Shown here: positions 9,972-20,499 of the stretch, piece by piece
Position numbering within the stretch: the first letter of the stretch is position 1
Layout of the letters: every line of letters starts with the position of its first letter
From: a virus
Lineage: Duplodnaviria; Caudoviricetes
Reading direction: 5' to 3' (one strand)
Length of the DNA stretch: 30,183 bases
Virus record (IMG/VR): IMGVR_UViG_3300032330_000609
Location: 1-30,183 of that record
Position numbers and translations under genes: made by a program
The notes under the pieces: generated by a model
Told to the model about the DNA's origin: nothing
What the model saw: only the letters and a program-made list of their open reading frames with translations
Database searches by the model: none

Positions 9972-10028
9972 GCCCATTAGAGAGGTGAAGGTCGGGGGTG
10001 GCGAATGGGCGCAAATCCACCCCCGACC
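9972..10028 (-). promoter_or_regulatory. 12-bp GC hairpin with potential H-type pseudoknot between the major tail and chaperone genes
   Basis: GGUCGGGGGUGG/CCACCCCCGACC stem; loop GCCCAUU is complementary to the downstream AAUGGGC (9978-9972). Confidence 0.65.
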
Positions 10029-10038
10029 AGTCTATTTG

Positions 10039-11118
10039 CTAGTCAGCAATAACGCTTACATTTACGCCCAACTTACCCTGTGCGGCAAAGTTGACCATAA
10101 ACTTAACGCTGTCCTCACCTTCGGTGTTGTCCATAAATGCATCAGCGATGAACTTAAGAACATTAACCTTCTGGTTAGCAGCAATAGCAGTAGTTGCAGG
10201 AACGCCAACGCGAGTTACTAGGTAACCACTTGGGCGAGTTCCATCAGTTGCTGACTTGAATGCTGCAAAAGCATCTGCGTAAGAACCGGTAGTCTCTGAT
10301 GTAATTCCGCGGAAGAAGGTTAGAGAACCTGCAAACTGTGCGAAACCACGAGACTGAACAGCACCTTCATCAACAATGCCGCGATCATCGATCTTGTTCG
10401 AGTCGCTTGCGCCAAGGTTGTATCCATCCCAAGCGATTGCAGGAGTCAAGTCAAGACCAAATTCGCTAATCTGGTAGTCAGTAGGTGCAGTTAGGAATTG
10501 CTCCTCGTTTGAAATGTCGTCAGCAGCAACCCACCAAACCTTTAGTCTACCGTTTGACTGAACCTTAGTTCCGGTTGCGGTTACTAGAAGTGGGCCAACG
10601 CCAGCAGTTCCAGCAGCAACTGGAATGTTAACCTTTACTTCACCGGTGGTTAGGAAGCGCGCACCAATGCGTAGCATCTCACCATCGCCAAGTAGGTCAA
10701 CTGGAAAGTCGGTCTTTACGCCGTAGATTGAGATTTCCTGACCTGCTGCAAAGGCTGCATCGTGTGCATAACCAATGCGCTTAATCAAGTAATACTTGAC
10801 ATCAGCAGTCTGGAACAACTCGGCAAATAGGCCGTAAGAGGTCTCTGCGTTTGGATCTACATCGCGGAAACCATCTAGAGATGCCTCATAGTTGTTGTAA
10901 GTAGGGGTGTTAACTGACGCGTTATCGACAATTGCAAGTGAATTGTCCATGTTCGAGTCAGTCATGTTTAGGGTGAAGTTGTCCGTAACGGCTGGTGAAA
11001 TGTTGAAAACATTGCTTGCATTGGTGATTTCAGTAAGCGTAGGGGCTTTCCAGTCAGCAAATGCATTTGCAGTCGCAACATAAATACCAACATTAGGGCG
11101 AAGCATTTTAGTAGACAT
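10039..11118 (-). CDS. Major tail (tube) protein made of two tandem homologous domains
   Basis: Located between the tail terminator and the chaperones. The halves align: ISPAVT-DNFTLNMTDSNMDNSLAIVDNASV vs LTPAIAWDGYNLGASDSNKIDDRGIVDEGAV; YLIKRIG vs YLVTRVG. Confidence 0.88.
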   Translation of the reverse strand: MSTKMLRPNVGIYVATANAFADWKAPTLTEITNASNVFNISPAVTDNFTLNMTDSNMDNSLAIVDNASVNTPTYNNYEASLDGFRDVDPNAETSYGLFAELFQTADVKYYLIKRIGYAHDAAFAAGQEISIYGVKTDFPVDLLGDGEMLRIGARFLTTGEVKVNIPVAAGTAGVGPLLVTATGTKVQSNGRLKVWWVAADDISNEEQFLTAPTDYQISEFGLDLTPAIAWDGYNLGASDSNKIDDRGIVDEGAVQSRGFAQFAGSLTFFRGITSETTGSYADAFAAFKSATDGTRPSGYLVTRVGVPATTAIAANQKVNVLKFIADAFMDNTEGEDSVKFMVNFAAQGKLGVNVSVIAD

Positions 11119-11121
11119 GCT

Positions 11122-11337
11122 TTATTCCTTGTTCTCTTTAATGTCGATTTCTGGCTCAGGTAGAACTTCTACCTCAACCTCTGGAGCAGGCTGCTCCTTC
11201 TTTTTTGTTTCTTTTTTTGGCGCAGCCTGAACTTCGTCTGTTACCAGAACAAGGTTCTTGCCCAAAACTGGATGACCCACATAGTGGTCTGGCACATTTT
11301 TGACGATACCAGTATTCTTATTTTTTACCAATGGCAT
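11122..11337 (-). CDS. Small hypothetical protein with charged C-tail
   Basis: 71 aa, GAGG RBS and an upstream extended -10; fills the gap exactly. Confidence 0.7.
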   Translation of the reverse strand: MPLVKNKNTGIVKNVPDHYVGHPVLGKNLVLVTDEVQAAPKKETKKKEQPAPEVEVEVLPEPEIDIKENKE

Positions 11338-11361
11338 GCTAAGATTCCTCTCGAACCATAA

Positions 11362-11793
11362 CTATGATACCACAGTATTGACCGCGAACACGAACGGTAT
11401 CTCAGTAACATAGTGGGTTGGAACGGCTGCATTGTCAGTTTTTGCATAACTTGCACCACCAGAAGATAGCCGGAGTTCACCTGCATCAGTTGGCGTAAAG
11501 CCAGTCAATTTGTCACGCACAAGGCCAGCAACCTGCTTTGCCGCTCGATCTGTTGGAGCAATGCAGCGAACAATTACATAACTAACGCCAGAATTGTGGC
11601 GCACAGATGTGATTCCTCGACCGCGCGGGCTTTCGCTCATATCGCCATAGAAGGCAACAATATATGGCAAGAACAACTTATTGTCATACTTGACTTTTTC
11701 GTTATCAGGCACAGCGGTCTCATAGACATCCTGTGGGAGTTCTCTTAGTTTTGCGGTAATCTGGTCCTGAACCGCTAGCAAATCTAGGCTCAA
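11362..11793 (-). CDS. Tail terminator protein
   Basis: 143 aa, PYIV motif and A..VA..VRDKLTGF pattern; standard position. Confidence 0.75.
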   Translation of the reverse strand: MSLDLLAVQDQITAKLRELPQDVYETAVPDNEKVKYDNKLFLPYIVAFYGDMSESPRGRGITSVRHNSGVSYVIVRCIAPTDRAAKQVAGLVRDKLTGFTPTDAGELRLSSGGASYAKTDNAAVPTHYVTEIPFVFAVNTVVS

Positions 11794-12335
11794 AATAACT
11801 CACTTTCGCCAGATGATCTGAAGCCCTTAGACTTCATTGAAGTTTCAAGTTGGTTTCTGGCAGCCATCATTGCGCCAAAGTTCTGAAGAACTCCGCGACT
11901 ATCTCCGGTTGCAGAGTTTAGCAATCCCATACCGATATGCTTACCAGTGTGATAGTTACCAGAGTCTTGCTCTACAAAGTAGGCATTACTAGCAACTTTA
12001 TCTGAATCAATCCAACCAAATAGACCAACAATTTTAGAATTATCTGGAGATACTGCTGGACCTAGAGCATCTACTTCGCGAAGCATATTTCCAGCATCCA
12101 TATGAACATCGCCAATGCTAGGGTCTGTATTTCCAATACGCGAACCCTGTGGATAACCATTTCTGGCATTCTTATTGTCATGCCAAGGAGATCCAGTTGG
12201 GCTTCCTTCAAGGATGAATTTACGCATGTATTCAGCACCAGAATCAATTGTTTCTTTTAACGCCTGACCGCCAGCAGAAACTACCTGCTTTATGAAGGTA
12301 ACTGAATAGCCATCAAATTCCATAAGTTTAGGCAT
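11790..12335 (-). CDS. Neck/tail completion protein (HK97 gp10-like position); probable start ATG 12335 (MPKL)
   Basis: The ATG overlaps the end of the upstream gene; lies between the stopper and terminator genes; SPTG...AGNML...GW...YF..QD.G pattern. Confidence 0.65.
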   Translation of the reverse strand: MPKLMEFDGYSVTFIKQVVSAGGQALKETIDSGAEYMRKFILEGSPTGSPWHDNKNARNGYPQGSRIGNTDPSIGDVHMDAGNMLREVDALGPAVSPDNSKIVGLFGWIDSDKVASNAYFVEQDSGNYHTGKHIGMGLLNSATGDSRGVLQNFGAMMAARNQLETSMKSKGFRSSGESELF

Positions 12336-12792
12336 CTGGATCGCTCTCCATATCCACATCGCAAACAATTGTTCTCTGCCAAGGATTAGAACTATTAATC
12401 ACAGAGCGCACGATGTAGATAAACTTCTTAAGTTGTTCATCTACCGGGCTATCGGTAACGATGATGTAATTACCCGGGCGAATATCCGTCATAGCGCCAT
12501 TAGAGCCAGTAAGCGTATTACCCTTAAAATCCAACTGCATTGTTACCTGATGGGCGCTTGTGGCGTTTCCTACGGCATTTGGAGTGGTTGATCCAGTATT
12601 AGGCTGAATCCTGGCCTTGCCAGCCCATACGGCCGTCTCAGAAGTATCCCAAGTGTTTGTAGTGGCATTGTATGTGCGACTAGACAGGACTTCATTATAG
12701 ATAGTTATGCTGCACAACTGAAAGGCGCGAGCAACTGCCCGATGGTGAAAGAACCATCGAGAGTCAATTGTTGGTCTGCCATTCAAGGCCAT
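12328..12792 (-). CDS. Head-to-tail stopper (DUF6093-like)
   Basis: YNATTNTW...VWAGKARIQP...DIRPGNYIIVT pattern of actinophage stoppers; synteny. Confidence 0.72.
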   Translation of the reverse strand: MALNGRPTIDSRWFFHHRAVARAFQLCSITIYNEVLSSRTYNATTNTWDTSETAVWAGKARIQPNTGSTTPNAVGNATSAHQVTMQLDFKGNTLTGSNGAMTDIRPGNYIIVTDSPVDEQLKKFIYIVRSVINSSNPWQRTIVCDVDMESDPDA

Positions 12793-12794
12793 TA

Positions 12795-13202
12795 TTAGAA
12801 CCTGTCGTAGTGAAGGTGAAAGGTATGGAAGTCTACTATTTCAAATGACTCATAAGAATCTTGAACAGCATCTTTATCAGCCTCGGCAACCAACTGAGCA
12901 GCCTGTGCGCGAAGTTCAGCACCTAACTTAGCACCATCGGTCTGCAGATCATTAGTCTTTATGACCTTGCTAATGAGTGCCTCTGATGTTGCAAGCACAA
13001 GTTTTGCCTGAGCTGCGGCACGCTTTACATTATCAGAGTAGAGACTTGCAAATGCCTGAATCTGTGCGTCACTAAAGATATAGGCAGCAGACGAAGATGG
13101 ATCAGATAGATCCTCTAGTTGCTCCGTATCCGGAATTAGTAGACGAATCTGACCTACTACGCCTGAATAGTCAGGTGGATATAGGTCTGGGATTACAGGC
13201 AT
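12795..13202 (-). CDS. Head-to-tail adaptor
   Basis: VGQIRLLIPD...YIFSDAQIQAF...VKRAAA pattern of actinophage adaptors; synteny. Confidence 0.78.
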   Translation of the reverse strand: MPVIPDLYPPDYSGVVGQIRLLIPDTEQLEDLSDPSSSAAYIFSDAQIQAFASLYSDNVKRAAAQAKLVLATSEALISKVIKTNDLQTDGAKLGAELRAQAAQLVAEADKDAVQDSYESFEIVDFHTFHLHYDRF

Positions 13203-13210
13203 TTTTTATC

Positions 13211-13399
13211 CTATTCAGCAGGTGGTGTATATACTGGACGATTTAGGAATGTTTCTGCCCATGCTTCGGCTTCAGTCCTTGATGCAAATGGAGATCCATC
13301 TCCATCTGGGTCATGAGGCTGGATAAGTGCAGGCTCTACCTGCTCGTCACCATAAATTAAAACAACATTATCTTTATCAATTTCATAGCGAATAGCCAT
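13211..13399 (-). CDS. Small fibre-associated hypothetical protein
   Basis: 62 aa, QP..P.G.PF....EAEAWA pattern, strong AAGGAG RBS; follows a fibre-head gene. Confidence 0.6.
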   Translation of the reverse strand: MAIRYEIDKDNVVLIYGDEQVEPALIQPHDPDGDGSPFASRTEAEAWAETFLNRPVYTPPAE

Positions 13400-13409
13400 T
13401 TTTATCTCC

Positions 13410-14642
13410 TTAGTTTAGGGTTTGAACAACATCGCCAGCAAATTGGAATGCAAGCGGAACTCCACCATACATGTCAGTTGAAACGGCAGATGGTGCAACA
13501 TATTTATTATTTACATAAACACAACTCTTACTAGGTGATCCACATCCCCATTTCCATGTAGAGAAATTTGTGCTATAAAGAGTTAGAGTTGGATTTGAGT
13601 ATGAACCACCACTCCAGACTCCTGAAATTATTGCAGTTCCATTAGCATATGCAAATGTATTATATGTCCAAGTTCCAGTAAATGCATTGCCAAGAATAGT
13701 TCCCTGAGCATGCGGTTGAGATGCAGTAACAGAACCAGTAGTGTTTATGGTTAGGAAATATGATCCACTGGCACTAAGCCAGTTAGTGCCATTCCAAGAT
13801 AAACCAACAGACTGAGCATATGTTTGAACATATGTCCATGTTGTTCCATTAGCAGAATATCCATAGGCGCCTACATAGGTAGTATCACCGGATCCACCAG
13901 TTGCAATATATGCAAACTGTGAACCGTTCCAGCGAACAGTCCCAGTCCAAATATTATTCCAGTTAGAATTAAGTCTGCTAGTCCAACTAATACCATCAGT
14001 TGATGAGTGTCCTTGAACTCCCCAAGCGCCAGAATAAACTCTTCCACCCATAAAGAATATTCCATTACCAAAGGTAATGTCAGTAAATGCTGGAGTTCCA
14101 GAACCACCCAAAAGTGTTGCAGCGGTTGTTCTTGCAGTCCAAGTAACCGCATCTGGTGATGTGTAGACCTGCGATGATGAAATAGCAACAAATAGGCTAT
14201 TTCCATAGGCCATAGCAATAAATGAGGCTGGAGTTGTTCCAATTTGTGTTAGGTTATCGGATGTAGTTCCTCGCCAAATTGTGCTATCACCCTTAAGGCT
14301 AAATAAATATCCATTAATTTGGCCAACCCAGTTAGAGCCGGTGATACCAGTTGGACCAGTTGCCCAGTTCTGGTGTGTAATTATGGAATTTGTTTGAGCA
14401 GTTACAGGAAATTGATAAAGAGTAACATACTGAGCAGTTCCAATACCAACATTTGTTCCATCACCAGAAATATAGCGAAGTTGTGTTGAATTTCCAGCAA
14501 GATAACAGTTTCCAGCAGGATGATTTGGAACAATATATCTTCCGGTTGATGCATATCCATGAGTAATCATGGCATAGCCAGTAGTGGCAGCGGGTGCTGT
14601 TACTACTGATGTAGTTGCTACTGGAAAAGTATTAATAGCCAT
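13410..14642 (-). CDS. Virion appendage head / receptor-binding-like protein with beta-propeller (BNR-like) repeats
   Basis: Repeated S.DG..WT motifs (TSPDAVTWT, SSTDGISWT, YSANGTTWT, YSTNFSTW) and AYGN/FGNG/YANG strands; Gly/Ser/Thr rich. Confidence 0.7.
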   Translation of the reverse strand: MAINTFPVATTSVVTAPAATTGYAMITHGYASTGRYIVPNHPAGNCYLAGNSTQLRYISGDGTNVGIGTAQYVTLYQFPVTAQTNSIITHQNWATGPTGITGSNWVGQINGYLFSLKGDSTIWRGTTSDNLTQIGTTPASFIAMAYGNSLFVAISSSQVYTSPDAVTWTARTTAATLLGGSGTPAFTDITFGNGIFFMGGRVYSGAWGVQGHSSTDGISWTSRLNSNWNNIWTGTVRWNGSQFAYIATGGSGDTTYVGAYGYSANGTTWTYVQTYAQSVGLSWNGTNWLSASGSYFLTINTTGSVTASQPHAQGTILGNAFTGTWTYNTFAYANGTAIISGVWSGGSYSNPTLTLYSTNFSTWKWGCGSPSKSCVYVNNKYVAPSAVSTDMYGGVPLAFQFAGDVVQTLN

Positions 14643-14971
14643 TATGAAATCTCGCTTCCAAATGCACTAAATGAGGCATTTGTATCTGATGCATAAACTG
14701 AAATAACATCAGTAGTTGCAAGCGTAATTCCCAAAGTAAGTGCAGTAGTAGAGTTTGCAGCAAGCGATGCACCATATACCAAATAGTGCTTAGGATCAAT
14801 TGCTGCACCTGCCGGGCGAACAGCAATACGGAAAGTAATTGCTGCTGCTGATATATTTGCAACAGTAATAGTTGAAACAACTGCAGATGTGGCACTCGGA
14901 ACAGTATAGAGTGATGTTAGCGTAGTTGCTGCTGGATTAGACTGTCCTAGCACCTTATATGATGTAGCCAT
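14642..14971 (-). CDS. Small structural fibre adaptor protein
   Basis: 109 aa beta-sandwich-like (YKVLGQ...LYTVP...FSAFGSEI), coupled to the next gene. Confidence 0.6.
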   Translation of the reverse strand: MATSYKVLGQSNPAATTLTSLYTVPSATSAVVSTITVANISAAAITFRIAVRPAGAAIDPKHYLVYGASLAANSTTALTLGITLATTDVISVYASDTNASFSAFGSEIS

Positions 14972-14982
14972 TATTTACCTTC

Positions 14983-15378
14983 CTAAGCGCCCATTAGCAT
15001 GAACGAATCAAAACCTGAAGCCGGCGCTGCGGCATTTACCCATTTAGTTCCATTATAACTTAGCAATTGACCGGTAACTGCTGAAGTAATCTGAAAATCT
15101 GTAAGATCTGCAATTGCATGGGTGTGAGCAGTTGGAGTTCTTGAATCGCTCAAGCGTGAATCTGTTGTAATAACCGCAGTTCCAGTTACCTGAGATGGTG
15201 CAATTGCCCCACCCGGATTACTATATGAAAGTGATGTCCATGCAGTTGAGCCATTACCAATCTTTACTTTACCAGTATCAGTTTCATAGCCCTGCTCACC
15301 AGCGGCAAGTGTAGGGTTAGCCGAGGTCCAGTTAGCAGCAGTATCTCTGCGTAGTTTAATTACGGTTTGCGCTGCCAT
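14983..15378 (-). CDS. Fibre protein with Mtd_N (major tropism determinant N-terminal)-like domain
   Basis: IKLRRDTAANWTSANPTLAAGEQGYETDTGKVKIGNGSTAW matches the Mtd_N/phage hyaluronidase N-terminal pattern; HTH(A)I fibre repeat. Confidence 0.78.
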   Translation of the reverse strand: MAAQTVIKLRRDTAANWTSANPTLAAGEQGYETDTGKVKIGNGSTAWTSLSYSNPGGAIAPSQVTGTAVITTDSRLSDSRTPTAHTHAIADLTDFQITSAVTGQLLSYNGTKWVNAAAPASGFDSFMLMGA

Positions 15379-16892
15379 TAGGCTGCTCCTCCATCGATGA
15401 TATTGCTATTTTCCCATAGGCTAGTAGCATTGTTATATTTTAGCAGGTCACCATTAGATGGTGATCCAGCGGATACATTGTGTAGTTCCTCTAGTTCGAA
15501 GCCATTAGCAATTCGAACATAGATCTGACCTGTTGTTGCGTGTGCTTTTACACAAAAACCAACAGTAACCAAGTGGTTTGGAGCAGATGGCTTGGTAGAT
15601 GTCATGCCACCAGCAATGCTTGGCGATAGGTATACTGCAGCACCCTCAGTAAGTCCAGCAGTATTAACATTAGTCAGTAGACCCTGAGTAACAATATAAC
15701 CATTATTGTTATTGGTTAAATCGCCAAATAAGAGTCCAGCAGTCTTTGATGAAGCAACTTCGCTATTTGCCTGAGATAGTGAAATAAGAGCATTATTACC
15801 ATTTGATCCACTAAAATAAACAACCTGCCCCTTAGTTAAGTCAGAGCCAGTTGTATTTCGCACAGGAGAGCCGAGGGCCTGACCGGTAAAGGTATATCCA
15901 GATGGGTCAAAACTAATAGTTGAAGTTGTTGAATTATAGACAATTGGAAGGGTTGCACTTAGATTTCCAAGATTTCCAGCAGGACCCTGAATACCCTGAA
16001 TTCCCCTTGGAATAGTTAGATTTAGTGTCTGGCTTGGTGCTGATCCAGTAATAGTTGCACCCGCAGGATCACCAGAATTACCAGTAGTAACTGTGCCAAT
16101 AGCAAGAGAGTTTGGTTGACCAACATCACCGCGTGGAATTGTGAAACTTACGGTTTGAGTAGGTGAAGTTCCGGTAATGCTTACCGAGGCACTAGATCCT
16201 GGATTTCCAGTAGTTACCGTTCCAACAGATAGAGTATTTGCTGGACCGGTTGCACCAGTATTACCAGTATCACCCTTAACACCCTGAATTCCCTGAATTC
16301 CCTGATCTCCACGCGGAATAGTAAGGCTAAGTGTTTGAGATGGCGCAGTTCCGGTAATAGTTGCAGATGCACTAGACCCTGCAGATCCAGTAGTAATAGT
16401 CCCGATTGAAAGGCTATTTGCAGGTCCTGTTGCGCCAGTAGGTCCGACTAAGTAATATGTTCCATTTGCTGCAGGAACTGGTGATAGCGATGTTAGGTCA
16501 ACAGTTGTTCCGCCTGGTAGGGAAAAACTAAACGGGTCTACATTAACCGCAGTTCCATCGGCATCTGTTAGTTGAAATGAAACAGTCCAAGTCCAGTTAA
16601 TTGGATTTGCATCGGTATCGTTTGTGGCAGTAAGGATAATTCCACGAGTCGTGCCATATCCGCATAGATAGCCTTCACTATCTAATGTTGCCTCAACTAC
16701 GGCTGGAAGAATAGTTACTGGTGCTGGAGATGCACTAGAATCAAGAATTTTTGCTGGAGATGCTTTAAAATATATTTTTCCAGCAGCCGGAATTGCATCT
16801 GGCTCAGATCCAGAATCTGCACTATCAGCATAGGCAAGAATAAAACGACCAGTAACTGTGCCGTAGGAAAGATTGCTAGGAATGTTAGCCAT
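15378..16892 (-). CDS. Collagen-like fibre protein with three internal beta repeats and a C-terminal DUF2190-like domain
   Basis: Short GXY runs; three SL.IGT.TTG..G..A..TITG..P.QT....IPRG repeats; C-terminal domain paralogous to that of 17109..18884. Confidence 0.75.
   Translation of the reverse strand: MANIPSNLSYGTVTGRFILAYADSADSGSEPDAIPAAGKIYFKASPAKILDSSASPAPVTILPAVVEATLDSEGYLCGYGTTRGIILTATNDTDANPINWTWTVSFQLTDADGTAVNVDPFSFSLPGGTTVDLTSLSPVPAANGTYYLVGPTGATGPANSLSIGTITTGSAGSSASATITGTAPSQTLSLTIPRGDQGIQGIQGVKGDTGNTGATGPANTLSVGTVTTGNPGSSASVSITGTSPTQTVSFTIPRGDVGQPNSLAIGTVTTGNSGDPAGATITGSAPSQTLNLTIPRGIQGIQGPAGNLGNLSATLPIVYNSTTSTISFDPSGYTFTGQALGSPVRNTTGSDLTKGQVVYFSGSNGNNALISLSQANSEVASSKTAGLLFGDLTNNNNGYIVTQGLLTNVNTAGLTEGAAVYLSPSIAGGMTSTKPSAPNHLVTVGFCVKAHATTGQIYVRIANGFELEELHNVSAGSPSNGDLLKYNNATSLWENSNIIDGGAA
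15990..16430 (-). repeat. Three ~40-aa intragenic repeats (coordinates approximate)
   Basis: ANSLSIGTITTG...LTIPRG / ANTLSVGTVTTG...FTIPRG / PNSLAIGTVTTG...LTIPRG. Confidence 0.8.
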
Positions 16893-16911
16893 AATACTCT
16901 ATTCTACCACG

Positions 16912-17108
16912 CTAGGCAGTTCCACCATCAATGGTAGTTGGTTGACCAACCATCGGATTATATGGAAGGTTATTGTATGTAGTTACGCCATCACCAATTT
17001 TAATTTTTTTTGTATCTGTTTCTACAACTAATTCGCGTTCAGCAAGAACCGGATTAGCAGATGCCCACTGAGCAGCAGTTCCACCCCTAAGTTGAATTTG
17101 AACAGCCA

Positions 17109-17109
<1 letters not shown>
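16912..17109 (-). CDS. Stand-alone Mtd_N-like mini protein
   Basis: IQLRGGTAAQWASANPVLAERELVVETDTKKIKIGDG; ends IDGGTA. Confidence 0.75.
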
Positions 17110-18884
<1,775 letters not shown>

Positions 18885-18902
18885 TCAACAATTCTATCAT
18901 TA

Positions 18903-18972
18903 CAAATAAAGAACGCCCCGGAGCGAAGGCTCAACGAGGCGTTCTATAGGGCAACGAAGGAGAAAGCGTTGC
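18903..18972 (-). ncRNA. Putative ~70-nt small RNA with an anti-Shine-Dalgarno loop and its own terminator
   Basis: Upstream TGcTAAAAT (hexamer 18984-18979); hairpin GCAACG-CUUUCUCCUU-CGUUGC; second hairpin AGAACGCCUCG..GAGC-CUUC-GCUC-CGGGGCGUUCU followed by UUAUUUGU. Confidence 0.6.
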
Positions 18973-18987
18973 ATGTCAATTTTAGCA

Positions 18988-19020
18988 CAAAAGAAAAACC
19001 CCCGCCTTTCAGCGGGGGCT
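18988..19020 (-). terminator. Intrinsic terminator after the major capsid gene
   Basis: AGCCCCCGCU-GAAA-GGCGGGGGUU followed by UUUCUUUU. Confidence 0.92.
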
Positions 19021-19037
19021 AATCTTAGGGAGTGCTA

Positions 19038-20147
19038 TTAAGCGCCTGCACCGGTTGAAGCAAAAGTTCCAGCAGGAACTAGGAAGCCACCAGTTGCAAG
19101 GTGACGAATTCGCATCTGGAAGTCGTCGTTGTCGAATGAGCCAGCACGAACTGGAACATCGCCGCCACCTAGAAGCATGCCACCCTCACTCTTTACGCGA
19201 AGTTCAGGAGTCTCGTGTCCACGAAGGAATGAGAGAACAACTGATGGGTTTAGCGAGGTTGCAGGAGCAGGAATCAAGAACCAGTAAGCACCTGCGTTAG
19301 CGTTGATGCGGGTCAACCAGTGGTTAACAACTACATCTACACGACCAGCAACAGGGTTGCCATGGATCTGTAGGTCATTACCAACGGTAGTGCGTAGTTC
19401 AGTTACAGAAAGGATGTTGCGAGCAGTCATCTCAAGTGCAGGTGAGACTACAAGAGTCCAACGCTGAACAGGAGTGATTGGGCGACCATTGTAGGTCTGC
19501 TGGTTAACAGCATTCATAGCCTTCTGTAGTGAGTCAATGCTTAGAGCAGGGTTCACACCAGCACCGTTACCCGAAGAACCAATGTTCTGGTTTCCTGAGT
19601 TAAAGTTAGTGGTGTTTAGACCTGAAGCAGAAACCAACTGCTTGGTTGCTTCGCGGTCCTCAAGACCTGCAGCGTGCATAGCAAGTTCCATAGGCAAACG
19701 CTCAATGACACCGAAGTTGTTGTCGTTGATGATTGACTCCCATGAGAAGCGGATGCGCTCACCAGACTTCTTGATGCTGATTTCCTGCTCAGTTGCTGAG
19801 AATGAAAGAGTAGGATACTCGTCATACTCACCAACATTTGGAAGTGAGCCATCGATGAATGCGTTTCCACCGTTCTCAGCAGGAATGTTGTCCTGATCGA
19901 ACTTGAACTGGAAATACTTTTGTGGACGGAAGTCGTCCAAAACGGTCTTGGTAGCGAATGCATCCCACACCTTTGGAAGTGCAGCATAGTTCTCTAGCAA
20001 GATGCGGTTTAGGTAAGGCTGGATCTGAACTGGGAAGTCCGAGGTCGAGATGCCTTCCTTAACCTTCAACTGGTCCATACGGTCGCCACGAAGTGCGCCG
20101 TCTAGAATCTTCGCAGCCTCAAGCTGACGAGCAGTGATATTAGACAT
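19038..20147 (-). CDS. Major capsid protein (HK97 fold, Mu gpT-like family)
   Basis: 369 aa; EGISTSDFP, V.EY.EYP, FSWESIINDN, FLRGHETPE and GSFDNDD motifs; follows the scaffold and cement genes; codon bias suggests high expression. Confidence 0.9.
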   Translation of the reverse strand: MSNITARQLEAAKILDGALRGDRMDQLKVKEGISTSDFPVQIQPYLNRILLENYAALPKVWDAFATKTVLDDFRPQKYFQFKFDQDNIPAENGGNAFIDGSLPNVGEYDEYPTLSFSATEQEISIKKSGERIRFSWESIINDNNFGVIERLPMELAMHAAGLEDREATKQLVSASGLNTTNFNSGNQNIGSSGNGAGVNPALSIDSLQKAMNAVNQQTYNGRPITPVQRWTLVVSPALEMTARNILSVTELRTTVGNDLQIHGNPVAGRVDVVVNHWLTRINANAGAYWFLIPAPATSLNPSVVLSFLRGHETPELRVKSEGGMLLGGGDVPVRAGSFDNDDFQMRIRHLATGGFLVPAGTFASTGAGA

Positions 20148-20158
20148 TATTTTCCTTC

Positions 20159-20497
20159 TTACTTCGCAGCAATCTTAACCCAAGCCTCGGCTGCACCAGA
20201 TGCAGACTTAGCCTTGATTGCGAAACCGAATAGGGTGTTACCAGAAGCGGTAGTGTTCAATGCACCAGCAGAGGTGATGTAAACAGGAGCGCCTACGGTT
20301 AGAGTGCCAGTTACGGTTAGGCGGAATACGCCTTCGAACTTGACGGTGGTGTAGTAGTTGCCATCTTCGCCAACAGTTGCATCCTTAAGAGCAACACCGA
20401 CAAGAGAACCAACGATTACTGGCGCTCCCGAAACTACGGTGCTTGCTACTGGGAGAACGAGCGAGTCGGCATCATTGTATACTTCATTAGCAGCCAT
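20159..20497 (-). CDS. Capsid decoration/cement protein (DUF2190-like)
   Basis: 112 aa, V.SG.PV.VGSLVGVAL.D...EGVF...G.PVY pattern; next to the major capsid gene. Confidence 0.8.
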   Translation of the reverse strand: MAANEVYNDADSLVLPVASTVVSGAPVIVGSLVGVALKDATVGEDGNYYTTVKFEGVFRLTVTGTLTVGAPVYITSAGALNTTASGNTLFGFAIKAKSASGAAEAWVKIAAK

Positions 20498-20499
20498 GA

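Noticed and set aside
18951-18972. Plus-strand reading of the hairpin as a CsrA-type GGA loop or as an RBS
   Set aside because: The promoter, the U tract and the G-U pairing all favour the minus strand, and no credible plus-strand ORF follows.
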